Shown here in pieces: positions 8,154 through 16,996 of a stretch of 41,295 nucleotides of DNA. The notes under the pieces are model-generated. The model did not search any database and was not told the DNA's origin. It was given only the letters and a program-made list of their open reading frames with translations. The position numbers and the translations under genes are program-made. This DNA comes from an uncultured Acidimicrobiales bacterium (GTDB lineage: Bacteria; Actinomycetota; Acidimicrobiia; Acidimicrobiales; SHLQ01), in the NCBI GenBank assembly GCA_937969345.1, contig CALBVK010000166.1, positions 1-41,295 of the forward strand, in the 5' to 3' direction. Each line of letters starts with the position of its first letter. Position 1 is the stretch's first letter.

Positions 8154-9626
8154 CTAGCGTGCCCACCCTCGACTGTGCTCAACCGCCTGTAGCCACCGTG
8201 CATGGAGCGCGTCGGCGGCCGTGCGGTCCTGCTCAGGTTCGACCGAGAGGTCCGATTGCCAGGCAGCGGAGACCTCGTCGGTTCCCGACCACACCCCTTC
8301 GGCGATGCCGGCAAGATAGGCCGACCCGAGAGCGGTCGTCTCTGCGATCGCCGAGCGATGAACGGGAACGCCGATCTGATCGGACTGGATCTGCAACAGG
8401 AGCTCCATGATCGAGGCACCACCGTCGACCCGGAGGCTTTCCACGTTGACACCGCCAGCCGATGCCATTGCGTCGATCACGTCTCGACTTTGAAGCGCAA
8501 TGGATTCAACGGTCGCCCGAGCAATGTGCGCTCGCGTCGTTCCTCGTGTGAGCCCGACGATCGCCCCCCGGGCGTTGGCATCCCACCAGGGGCTTCCGAG
8601 GCCGGTTAACGCTGGGACGAAGAAGACGTCGTCACTCGACTCGACAGAACCTGCGAGTGGCCCGATCTCGGCGGCTTGTTCGATGATCCCAAGACCGTCA
8701 CGAAGCCACTGGATTGCTGCGCCGGTAACGAAGACGGCTCCCTCCATGGCATAGGTGGTGGTGCCATCGGCGAGTGTCCAACCCACCGTGGTCAGCAAGC
8801 CTTCGACCGGGTCTGGTTTCTCCGTGCCAACGTTCATCAAGATGAATGAGCCCGTGCCGTAGGTGTTCTTTGCATCCCCGGGAGCGAAACACGCCTGGCC
8901 AAAGAGCGCTGCTTGCTGATCGCCAGCGATACCCGAAATGGGGATGCCCCCGGGGACGGGCAAGTTCATCGCCGTGGTGCCAAAGCGCCCAGACGAGGGG
9001 AGCACCTCGGGCATGATGGCCTCGGGGATGCCGAAGAGCTCGAGCATGTCGTTAGACCACTGCATGGCGCCGATGTCGTACAGCAATGTCCTGCTTGCGT
9101 TGGTCGTGTCGGTGATGTGGGTGGCGCCACCGGTGAGTTTCCAGACGAGCCAGCTGTCGACCGTACCAAAGGCGGTGTTGGCGTCGACCGTGATGTGCCC
9201 GTTGCGGATCAGCCATTCGAGTTTGCTGCCGGAGAAGTACGGATCGAGAACGAGTCCGGTGGTGTTTCGGACGAGGTCGAGGTGGCCGGCATCGACCAGT
9301 TCGCTGCAGCGGTCCGCTGTTCGGCGGTCTTGCCAGACGATCGCACGATGCAGAGGTTCGCCGGTCGATTTGTCCCACACGACCACAGTTTCGCGTTGAT
9401 CGGTGATGCCGATAGCGGCGATTGGCTCGTCGATGCTGCTCACGAGCTCGGACAAGGTGGTCACCACCGCATCCCAGATCTCGCCGGCGTCATGTTCGAC
9501 CCAACCGGGCTGGGGGAAGTACTGGGGGAACTCGCGGTAGGACGACCCCACCGGCTTTCCCGTCTCGCTGAAGGCGATCGAACGAACGCCTGTGGTTCCT
9601 GCATCAATTGCTACGACAACGGCCAT
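8154..9626 (-). CDS. glpK: Glycerol kinase
   Basis: IDAGTTG, PQPGWVEHD, AIVWQDRRT, DPYFSGSK, GDQQAALFG and KNTYGTG motifs. Confidence 0.96.
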   Translation of the reverse strand: MAVVVAIDAGTTGVRSIAFSETGKPVGSSYREFPQYFPQPGWVEHDAGEIWDAVVTTLSELVSSIDEPIAAIGITDQRETVVVWDKSTGEPLHRAIVWQDRRTADRCSELVDAGHLDLVRNTTGLVLDPYFSGSKLEWLIRNGHITVDANTAFGTVDSWLVWKLTGGATHITDTTNASRTLLYDIGAMQWSNDMLELFGIPEAIMPEVLPSSGRFGTTAMNLPVPGGIPISGIAGDQQAALFGQACFAPGDAKNTYGTGSFILMNVGTEKPDPVEGLLTTVGWTLADGTTTYAMEGAVFVTGAAIQWLRDGLGIIEQAAEIGPLAGSVESSDDVFFVPALTGLGSPWWDANARGAIVGLTRGTTRAHIARATVESIALQSRDVIDAMASAGGVNVESLRVDGGASIMELLLQIQSDQIGVPVHRSAIAETTALGSAYLAGIAEGVWSGTDEVSAAWQSDLSVEPEQDRTAADALHARWLQAVEHSRGWAR

Positions 9627-9754
9627 CGTTCCAGTCTACGCGAGTGCCGGTACCCACCTGGAGCCGTGCGCTGCCACTCGTTCAGCTAGATGAACTTTCG
9701 GCCATCTGTAGTTGTGATTACGCATCTCAACCGACCTGGCCCGCATAGAGTCGA

Positions 9755-10807
9755 ATGGTGAAACTCGCAGTTCTCACCGGTGGAGGCGACGCCCCCGGAC
9801 TCAACGCCGTGATACGCGGCGTGGTTCGTCAGGCGACCTCAGACGGCAACGAAGTTATTGGATTTCGTGACGGCTGGAAGGGGGTGATGGACAATGACTG
9901 GATGCCCCTCGATGTGCAGGGATGTCGTGGTTTGCTCACCCGCGGCGGAACGATTCTTGGAACGACCCGCATCAACCCGTTCATGACCGAGGACGGCCGA
10001 GACCGGTGCCGTGCAACGTTCGAAGCAAACGGTGTCGACGCGTTGATCGCTATCGGCGGGGAAGGCACGCTGTCGTGTGCCCAAGAGATGCACAAGCTCG
10101 GCTTTCCTGTGCTCGGCGTACCAAAAACGATCGACAACGACATTGGTCTGACCGAGATGACCTTCGGGTTCGCAACCGCTGTAGACATCGCCACCGAGGC
10201 GATTGGCCGGTTGCACACCACCGCGGAAAGCCATGACCGGGTCATGGTGGTCGAAGTAATGGGCCGCCACGTTGGCCACATCGCTACCTGGGCTGGAATG
10301 GCTGGTGGAGCGACCCGTACGTTGATCCCAGAGAAGCCGTTCGATATCAACGAGGTATGCCAGGCACTCACGGACCGGCACACCCGAAAGTTTGCGTCGA
10401 TCGTGGTAGTTGCCGAAGGCGCAAAGCCGGTTCCTGGGACCTTCGATGTCCCCGACGATACGTTCGACGAGTTCGGCCATGTGAAGCTCGGTGGCATTGG
10501 CGAACTGGTGGCGTCAGAAATCACGAAGCAAACGGGCTTTGAGACCCGCACGACCGTGCTCGGCTACGTGCAGCGAGGTGGCGAGCCATCGGCGTTCGAT
10601 CGGGTTCTCGCCACGTGGTTTGGCGTCGAGGCTGCCAAGGCGGCTAACGACGAGGACTTTGGTTCGATGATCGCGTATCAGTGCGGCGATATGACTCGGG
10701 TGCGAATCGCTGATGCAGTCGAGGACCTCAAGTTTGTGAGCGACTCGCTGTACGAGGTCGCGTCGACCTTCTTCGCGACCCCAGACACCGGTCCCGAAGA
10801 CCGCTAG
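9755..10807 (+). CDS. pfkA: 6-phosphofructokinase (group III, probably ATP-dependent)
   Basis: LTGGGDAPGLNA, IGGEGT, PKTIDND and EVMGRHVG motifs; true start may be GTG 9758. Confidence 0.95.
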   Translation: MVKLAVLTGGGDAPGLNAVIRGVVRQATSDGNEVIGFRDGWKGVMDNDWMPLDVQGCRGLLTRGGTILGTTRINPFMTEDGRDRCRATFEANGVDALIAIGGEGTLSCAQEMHKLGFPVLGVPKTIDNDIGLTEMTFGFATAVDIATEAIGRLHTTAESHDRVMVVEVMGRHVGHIATWAGMAGGATRTLIPEKPFDINEVCQALTDRHTRKFASIVVVAEGAKPVPGTFDVPDDTFDEFGHVKLGGIGELVASEITKQTGFETRTTVLGYVQRGGEPSAFDRVLATWFGVEAAKAANDEDFGSMIAYQCGDMTRVRIADAVEDLKFVSDSLYEVASTFFATPDTGPEDR

Positions 10808-11451
10808 CCCGGCCCGCGGGTCACGGAGAACGACGGGAAATCGACACGGCCGACGGCTCGCCGAACATCGCCCTCGTCGGTGTCGGTGCTTACCGAAATG
10901 TCCTCGTCGACGCCGTTCTCATCTCGGACTGCGAATCGAACCTGGTCGACCGTGTTCAGCTCGGTGAGCGTGAAGACCAACTGGGCGAACGCCACGGTTC
11001 GGTCGCTGCCTTCGATAGCGGGAGTTTCGGACAAGACGACGACCAACTGATCTTCGGCAGGACGGCGCAAACTGAGGACCGAGATCGGAGCGTCGCCAGC
11101 GGGAACGATCGCCGTCGTCAGGTTGTTGTCGAGCTGCTCTTCGCTGGTCGGCCCGGCCAACAGCTGTTCGAGGATGGCTCGTTCAACCTCCGCGCCGCTA
11201 TCGACGACCGGCACCTGACGGGTCACCGAAACCAGGCGAGCAACCTCGCCGTCGCCAGGATCGACGAGGTAGATCGTGACGTCTTCGGTAAGCCGATCAG
11301 CGAGCGTGGTGGTGGTCGACGTTCCTGGCTGAAGTGACTGCGGCAGTTCACCGCGGGCGATGACCTGGGGCTCCTCATCCAACGGGATGCCGCAGGCGGC
11401 GACGGTTAGTGACGCGACCACGACGGCGGAGGCAAGACGACGAGGCATCAT
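10804..11451 (-). CDS. GerMN-domain lipoprotein (LpqB-like accessory of the two-component system)
   Basis: Lipobox LTVAAC-G; LEQLLAGPT and AQLVFTLTE GerMN motifs; ATGA-coupled to the kinase. Confidence 0.85.
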   Translation of the reverse strand: MMPRRLASAVVVASLTVAACGIPLDEEPQVIARGELPQSLQPGTSTTTTLADRLTEDVTIYLVDPGDGEVARLVSVTRQVPVVDSGAEVERAILEQLLAGPTSEEQLDNNLTTAIVPAGDAPISVLSLRRPAEDQLVVVLSETPAIEGSDRTVAFAQLVFTLTELNTVDQVRFAVRDENGVDEDISVSTDTDEGDVRRAVGRVDFPSFSVTRGPG

Positions 11452-12854
11452 GCGAACTCACCATCCTCGCCATCATCGAGGGGAAGTTCAACGACAAACC
11501 GGGCGCCGGGCTCGCCATCGTGGCGATCTTCGACCCACACACGTCCGCCATGGAGGTTGACGTGCTCGGCGACGAGAGACAGTCCGAGGCCCACGCCGGT
11601 GTCATAGCCGCGTCGGCCACCTGCGCCACCTCGACTAAAGCGGTCGAAGATGACGAAACGCTCGTCGTGTGGGACGCCAGGACCGTTGTCCTCGACGGCC
11701 ATCAGCACCGAGTCCCTCGTCTTGCTGACATGGACCCGGGTTGCGCCACCGCCGTACTTCGCTGCGTTGTCGATCAGGTTGGCGACCACGCGAGCGAGAC
11801 GTCGTTTCTCGGCAACGACGATCGCATCTTCGGCGTCGGGCTCCACGACGATTGGGATGTCTTCGCTCGTCGCGAACGGAACGGCTGCACGCACGAACTC
11901 GGCATACAAAAGCGGATCGGCCTGAAGCGAGGCCGTGCCGACATCGAATCGGCTGATTTCGAGCAAGTCCTCGACCAGCGTCCGGAACCGTGAGATGTCG
12001 CTCGCAAGGAGTTCGAGCGCGGTCTGTGAACGCTCGGGCATCTCATGCTTCGCGTTTTCGAGTACTTCTACCGATGCCGTGAGGGTCATGAGCGGACTAC
12101 GCAGCTCGTGGCTGACCTCGGACGCGAATCGGGCGTCTCGTTGGATGCGTTCCTCGAGGCCGCCGGCCATTTCGTTGAACGATGCGACCAAACTTTCGAG
12201 GTCCTCGTCGCCCTCCGGATCAAGACGCGTATCGAGACGACCGCTCGCGATTGCCTCGGCAGCATTGCTGACATCTCGCAGGGGAGAGAGTGCATTGGTG
12301 GCTACAGAGCGTCCAGCGAGCGCGGCTAGGGCTGCGACGATGAGGCCGCCGCCAAGGAGCACGAAAGACAACGTGTTGAGCGTGTCCTCAGCCTCGGTGA
12401 GCGGCAGCGCTTCGAAGTAGATGACATCTTCGAATCCCTGTAAGGGAATGCCGTACACGATGAACGGCTGGTCATCGAGGCTCGTTCGAATCCGAACAGC
12501 GCTTCCTTCGATCGTGAGTGTTCGCAGCGATACCGGGACCTGTTCGAGGACGAATTGGCCGTCCCGGGAGAACGGGTTGCCGTCGATGGCGATCAGCTGA
12601 CGACTACCAGCTGCGCTGTTGAGGCCTTCGAGAATGCCCGTGACCGAACCGGGTTCGAGATCGCCGGGCAACGTTCGTTGCACACGCGACGCGTTCGCAA
12701 ACACCAGCACCTCGGCAACAGCGTCGCGGTCCGCGAGCAAAACCTGACGGGTGGTCGTGAGCGTGATGACCGCCAGCAGCGCGGTGATCAACATCCCGCC
12801 TATAGCGAAGGCCGCGGTGATTCGGGACCGCAGTCCAAGCCGAAAACGAGTCAA
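11448..12854 (-). CDS. Sensor histidine kinase (MtrB-like; TM-HAMP-HisKA-HATPase)
   Basis: SHELRSPL H-box, NLIDNAAKY N-box, DNGPG and GLGLSLV G-boxes. Confidence 0.93.
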   Translation of the reverse strand: MTRFRLGLRSRITAAFAIGGMLITALLAVITLTTTRQVLLADRDAVAEVLVFANASRVQRTLPGDLEPGSVTGILEGLNSAAGSRQLIAIDGNPFSRDGQFVLEQVPVSLRTLTIEGSAVRIRTSLDDQPFIVYGIPLQGFEDVIYFEALPLTEAEDTLNTLSFVLLGGGLIVAALAALAGRSVATNALSPLRDVSNAAEAIASGRLDTRLDPEGDEDLESLVASFNEMAGGLEERIQRDARFASEVSHELRSPLMTLTASVEVLENAKHEMPERSQTALELLASDISRFRTLVEDLLEISRFDVGTASLQADPLLYAEFVRAAVPFATSEDIPIVVEPDAEDAIVVAEKRRLARVVANLIDNAAKYGGGATRVHVSKTRDSVLMAVEDNGPGVPHDERFVIFDRFSRGGAGGRRGYDTGVGLGLSLVAEHVNLHGGRVWVEDRHDGEPGARFVVELPLDDGEDGEFA

Positions 12855-12874
12855 GCGAGATCCTCGGGACGAGC

Positions 12875-13555
12875 TTACGTTTGCAGCTTGTAACCGAGGC
12901 CGCGAACGGTGACCACATGCTGTGGGTCCGCTGGATCAGACTCGATCTTCGTGCGCAAGCGGCGAATGTGCACATCGACCAAACGGCCATCACCGAAGTA
13001 GCCGTATCCCCATACCTTCTCCAGGAGACTCTCGCGAGAGAACACCTTCCCAGGAGCCGATGCGAGTTCAACGAGGAGCCGGAATTCGGTCTTTGTGAGA
13101 TGGACCTCTTCACCGGCTCGCTTGACCATTCCCTGATCGGGGATGACCTCGAGGTCGCCAAAGGACATGTCGCCGGTCGCTGGTGTGCCGGTGCGGCTCC
13201 GGCGAAGCAGTGCACGAATTCGAGCCGAGAGCTCTTTGGGGGCGAATGGTTTGGTCAGGTAGTCATCGGCGCCGGCTTCGAGGCCAGCGACGACGTCGTG
13301 AGTGTCTGCACGAGCGGTGACCATCACGATTGGCACGTCGGAGACTCGGCGGATCGAGCGGCATACATCGAAGCCGTCGATACCGGGGAGCATGATGTCG
13401 ATCAAGACGACATCGGTGGGCTGCTGCCCGAACTTCAACAGCGCATCTTCGCCGTTGTCGGACTCGGCAACTTCCCAGCCCTCATCTTCGAGAGCCATGC
13501 GCACCGCAGTACGAATGCGCTCGTCATCTTCGACGGTGAGAATACGAGTTCCCAC
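12875..13555 (-). CDS. OmpR-family response regulator (MtrA-like)
   Basis: VEDD, DIMLPG, GADDYLTKPF and VDVHIRRLRTKIE...TVRGLGYK motifs. Confidence 0.94.
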   Translation of the reverse strand: MGTRILTVEDDERIRTAVRMALEDEGWEVAESDNGEDALLKFGQQPTDVVLIDIMLPGIDGFDVCRSIRRVSDVPIVMVTARADTHDVVAGLEAGADDYLTKPFAPKELSARIRALLRRSRTGTPATGDMSFGDLEVIPDQGMVKRAGEEVHLTKTEFRLLVELASAPGKVFSRESLLEKVWGYGYFGDGRLVDVHIRRLRTKIESDPADPQHVVTVRGLGYKLQT

Positions 13556-13647
13556 AGCTTCACATCCTTAGGTCGACCGAGACGGCACTGCCGTCGAGGG
13601 GAAGACTAGGCGGTTTCTGCGACCCCGTCAGGTATCGGGGCGTCGAT

Positions 13648-14409
13648 CTAGACCTCGGCGCTCGCAAGAAGCGCATCGAGGTCCGAAACGATGCCTGGCG
13701 TGCTCGCTCGTGTGAGCGGCCCGGTGATGACGCTCGCTCCCGCTTCGGCGGCGATCAGCGCCCCGGCGGCGAAGTCCCATGGCGACAAGTTGCGCTCGAA
13801 ATAGGCATCGAGACGGCCGCAAGCGACGTTGCACAAATCGAGCGCGGCGCCGCCGAGCCGACGGATATCGCGGACGGCCGGAAGAATCGTCTTCATCGTC
13901 GAGCCCTGGTGTGCCCGCATTCCGCTTTCGTAGGAGAATCCCGTTCCGAGTAGCGAGGTCGACAGATCTGTAGAGCTCGACGGCGAAATCGGCTGCCCGT
14001 TGCGGGTCGCTCCATCTCCGACCGCAGCGCTGAACAGTTCAGACCGGACTGGATCGAAGACCGCGCCGACGACTGGCACTCCATCGAGGCTTGCACCGAT
14101 GGAGACGCTGTAACCCGGGATGTCATAGAGCAGGTTTGTCGTGCCGTCGATGGGATCGATTGTCCACAACACGCCGGTGGAGCCAGTTGTCGAGGTGCCT
14201 TCCTCGCCCAACAAGCCATCGTTTGGCCGGGCAACAGACAGAAGATCGACGACGGCCTGCTCGGCCCACGTATCGATCTCGGTAACAACGTCAGCGGTCG
14301 ATGATTTGGTTTCCCAGGTAAAGCCGGCGCTCCGGCGCGCCACGACCTGCTCGCCGACCTGTCGAGCAACGTTCTCAGCGAGCGAGCGCAGCGCAAAAGG
14401 ATCGGTCAC
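13648..14409 (-). CDS. Inositol monophosphatase family protein (SuhB-like)
   Basis: LGEEG, IDPIDGTTN, RRLGGAALD and WDFAAG motifs; GTG 14409 overlaps upstream stop (GTGA). Confidence 0.92.
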   Translation of the reverse strand: MTDPFALRSLAENVARQVGEQVVARRSAGFTWETKSSTADVVTEIDTWAEQAVVDLLSVARPNDGLLGEEGTSTTGSTGVLWTIDPIDGTTNLLYDIPGYSVSIGASLDGVPVVGAVFDPVRSELFSAAVGDGATRNGQPISPSSSTDLSTSLLGTGFSYESGMRAHQGSTMKTILPAVRDIRRLGGAALDLCNVACGRLDAYFERNLSPWDFAAGALIAAEAGASVITGPLTRASTPGIVSDLDALLASAEV

Positions 14410-14732
14410 GAAAGCCCCCGCTCGCGGCGAGCCCGATCGCGGTTCTCGATCGCTTTCCACTCCGCCATGGCCCGGAGCGTAAGGACGGCGACGACGGCAA
14501 CGCCGATCGCACAGATCAAGGCCGTGGCGACACCGACTAGGGCAGCGCTCGTCGAGCAGTCGGTCGTGCATTGCAGGTCGACAACCGACCAGCCGATCAG
14601 CCCGCCAGCAACGCCGGCGATGATGATCGAAGACACCGCGGCAATACGGGCCCACACCGGCGGGGAGGCATCGGGGAGAACGGCGTTCATCCGTTCTTTG
14701 GCGGACCGAGATTCTGCGGACTTTGAGCTCAC
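14406..14732 (-). CDS. Small two-TM hypothetical protein
   Basis: Two hydrophobic helices flanking a C-x3-C loop; TAGCCT -10 lies 7 nt before the GTG; coupled to the IMPase gene. Confidence 0.7.
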   Translation of the reverse strand: MSSKSAESRSAKERMNAVLPDASPPVWARIAAVSSIIIAGVAGGLIGWSVVDLQCTTDCSTSAALVGVATALICAIGVAVVAVLTLRAMAEWKAIENRDRARRERGLS

Positions 14733-14873
14733 GCACGTCAGGCTAGCGACGACAAATACACTTCTCCCATAGGCGACAGCGTGGTTCTTTACGGCGACAT
14801 GTATGGGATCGTTGATGAGGCGGCTTTACGCCGAGTCCCTCGGCATCGATGAAGCCGATCGGTGCTGGCCCGA

Positions 14874-15044
14874 CTAGAAGCCCTTAACGCGACCCTTTTG
14901 GACAGCTACTTCCATTTCCCACTCAGCATTCCGATCGCGATCGGATCGGATCGTGGAGGCTCCCGCTCCGAACTCTGAGGGTGCGGGCGCTGTGGGGCTC
15001 GGTGCTGATGATCGCCGAAAGAAATTCATTAAGCGCTTCCACAT
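14874..15044 (-). CDS. Small 56-aa hypothetical protein (absent from the ORF track)
   Basis: MWKRLMNFFRRSSAPSPTAPAPSEFGAGASTIRSDRDRNAEWEMEVAVQKGRVKGF*; GAGGTG SD-like sequence upstream; fills the gap divergent from dinB. Confidence 0.5.
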   Translation of the reverse strand: MWKRLMNFFRRSSAPSPTAPAPSEFGAGASTIRSDRDRNAEWEMEVAVQKGRVKGF

Positions 15045-15144
15045 GTTCCGACACCTCGAGATTCCTAGACCAGCTCCAATGGTATGTGATCGACCGCCGC
15101 TGCGGCAAGGGAAGCCGATTGCGAGGGTAGTTAGAGTGGTCTGT

Positions 15145-16449
15145 GTGGAGGCCTCTCATCGGACAATCTGTCATGTCGACATGGACGCGTTCTATGTGTC
15201 GGTCGAGCTGACACGTCGTCCTGAACTGCGCGGCAAGCCCGTCGTTGTCGGTGGAACCGGACGCCGAGGTGTGGTCGCTGCGGCGAGCTACGAAGCCCGA
15301 TCGTTTGGGGTCTTTAGCGCCATGCCGTCGTCGAGAGCGCAGCAGCTATGCCCGCAAGCGGTGTTTCTGTCCGGTGACCACGGCCTTTACGCCGAGGTCT
15401 CCGAGCGCGTGATGGCCGTCTTCCACAGCGTGACCCCGCTGGTCGAGCCACTCAGTCTCGACGAAGCGTTTCTCGATGTGAGCGGCGCCCGCCGATCACA
15501 CGGCGACGGCCAAACGATCGCGGCGTACATTCGATCGACGATCTGGGAGAAAGAGGGCCTCACCTGCTCGGTCGGCATTGCGCCGAATAAGTTTCTCGCC
15601 AAACTCGGTTCCGAGCAGGCCAAGCCAAAGGCGTCGCCCACCGGACCCGTATTTGGGCGGGGGATCTTCGAGGTATCACCGGGCGAGGAGCTCGCCTTCC
15701 TGCATCCGCTTCCGGTCCGCTCACTGTGGGGTGTCGGCAAGCAAACGGGGGCGCGGCTGTCCTCCCTGGGGATCGAGACGGTCGCCGACCTCGCTGCGGT
15801 TCCGTTGCATCACCTCACAAACTCCATCGGCGTCGCCAGCGGACAGCACCTGCACGCGCTCGCCAATGGCATCGATGACCGACCCGTCGAACCCGACCGG
15901 GAAACCAAATCGATCAGTCACGAAGAGACCTTCGCTCATGACATCGCCAATGCTGGACAACTCGACACCGAACTCGTTCGCCAGTGCGACGCGGTCGCGC
16001 AACGTTTGCGCGACAACAACCTCGTTGCCCGGACCGCGACCCTCAAGGTTCGTTACGGCGACTTCACCACGTTCACCAGGCGTCTCACCGCGCCGCAACC
16101 GTTCAGCTCGGCCCCGGACTTGTTGCGCCTTGGCCGAGAGCTGCTCGGTGCGCTCGACACGAGTCCAGGGGTTCGCCTGCTCGGCATAGGCGTCGCCAAC
16201 CTCGGCGAGGACCACGGCCATCAACTTTCGTTAGATCTCGACGGGGAGGGAAGCGGTGAATCGGACTCCGTGACGGCGTCGCTGATCGACGATGTCCGCG
16301 CAAAGTTTGGCGCCTCGGCGATCGGACCGGCGTCAGCGACCGTCGATGGTGAGCTTCGAGTGAAACGTCGCGGCGAACAGCAATGGGGGCCCAACGCTTC
16401 GCGGCCGACAGATTCGGACCCCGATACAGGCGTTTCTCCTGCAAAATAG
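15145..16449 (+). CDS. dinB: DNA polymerase IV
   Basis: HVDMDAFY, ASYEAR, SLDEAFLD, LWGVG and QLSLDL clamp-binding motifs; GTG 15145 lies 7 nt after TAGAGT. Confidence 0.95.
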   Translation: MEASHRTICHVDMDAFYVSVELTRRPELRGKPVVVGGTGRRGVVAAASYEARSFGVFSAMPSSRAQQLCPQAVFLSGDHGLYAEVSERVMAVFHSVTPLVEPLSLDEAFLDVSGARRSHGDGQTIAAYIRSTIWEKEGLTCSVGIAPNKFLAKLGSEQAKPKASPTGPVFGRGIFEVSPGEELAFLHPLPVRSLWGVGKQTGARLSSLGIETVADLAAVPLHHLTNSIGVASGQHLHALANGIDDRPVEPDRETKSISHEETFAHDIANAGQLDTELVRQCDAVAQRLRDNNLVARTATLKVRYGDFTTFTRRLTAPQPFSSAPDLLRLGRELLGALDTSPGVRLLGIGVANLGEDHGHQLSLDLDGEGSGESDSVTASLIDDVRAKFGASAIGPASATVDGELRVKRRGEQQWGPNASRPTDSDPDTGVSPAK

Positions 16450-16597
16450 AAAATTCAGGCCGAAGGGTCCTGGTGGCGCGTTGTTGCGTGAGCCAACGTA
16501 TGAGAAGATTGCGACGTGTCAGCCCGCTAAGCTGATCACAAGCAACTAGCAACCCCCTGTACCCACTGAGCCAAACCCCTGATTGAGGACCCTGCGG

Positions 16598-16987
16598 ATG
16601 CCGCTTTCCGAGGACGAACAACGAATCCTTACCCAGATCGAGCAACAGCTCTACCAGGACGACCCTGGACTGGCGCATGAGGTCTCGTCGACGACCGTGT
16701 TTACGCACGGTTTCAAGCACATTCGCTTGGCGGCGCTCGGGTTTGTCGTCGGGCTCGCCGTGCTTCTTGGCACGCTGTCCATCAGCTACTGGTTCTCGTT
16801 CGTGGGCTTCTTGATCATGCTTGCGAGCGCCTGGTACGGAGAGAAGAATCTTCGTCGGGTGGGCAAGGCTGGGTTGCAGCAAGTCACCGGTGTGGCACGT
16901 ACCACGACAACGCAGAGCCGTGGGTTCTTTGGGGATGCCGGTAAGCGTATGCGTGATCGGCTCAACGATTCCGACGACGAGAAGTAA
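16598..16987 (+). CDS. DUF3040 domain membrane protein
   Basis: MPLSEDEQRILTQIEQQLYQDDPGLA N-terminus, two TM helices; GAGGA SD. Confidence 0.9.
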   Translation: MPLSEDEQRILTQIEQQLYQDDPGLAHEVSSTTVFTHGFKHIRLAALGFVVGLAVLLGTLSISYWFSFVGFLIMLASAWYGEKNLRRVGKAGLQQVTGVARTTTTQSRGFFGDAGKRMRDRLNDSDDEK

Positions 16988-16996
16988 GTTCTCGAC

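Noticed and set aside
15038-15052. SOS-box-like sequence upstream of dinB (TCCACATGTTCCGA)
   Set aside because: Spacing and left half do not fit GAAC-N4-GTTC; it coincides with the start of the 56-aa ORF.
14953-15144. ORF-track N-terminal extension of DinB
   Set aside because: Homology starts near HVDMDAF; a -10 sits 7 nt before GTG 15145; a better sORF lies on the opposite strand.
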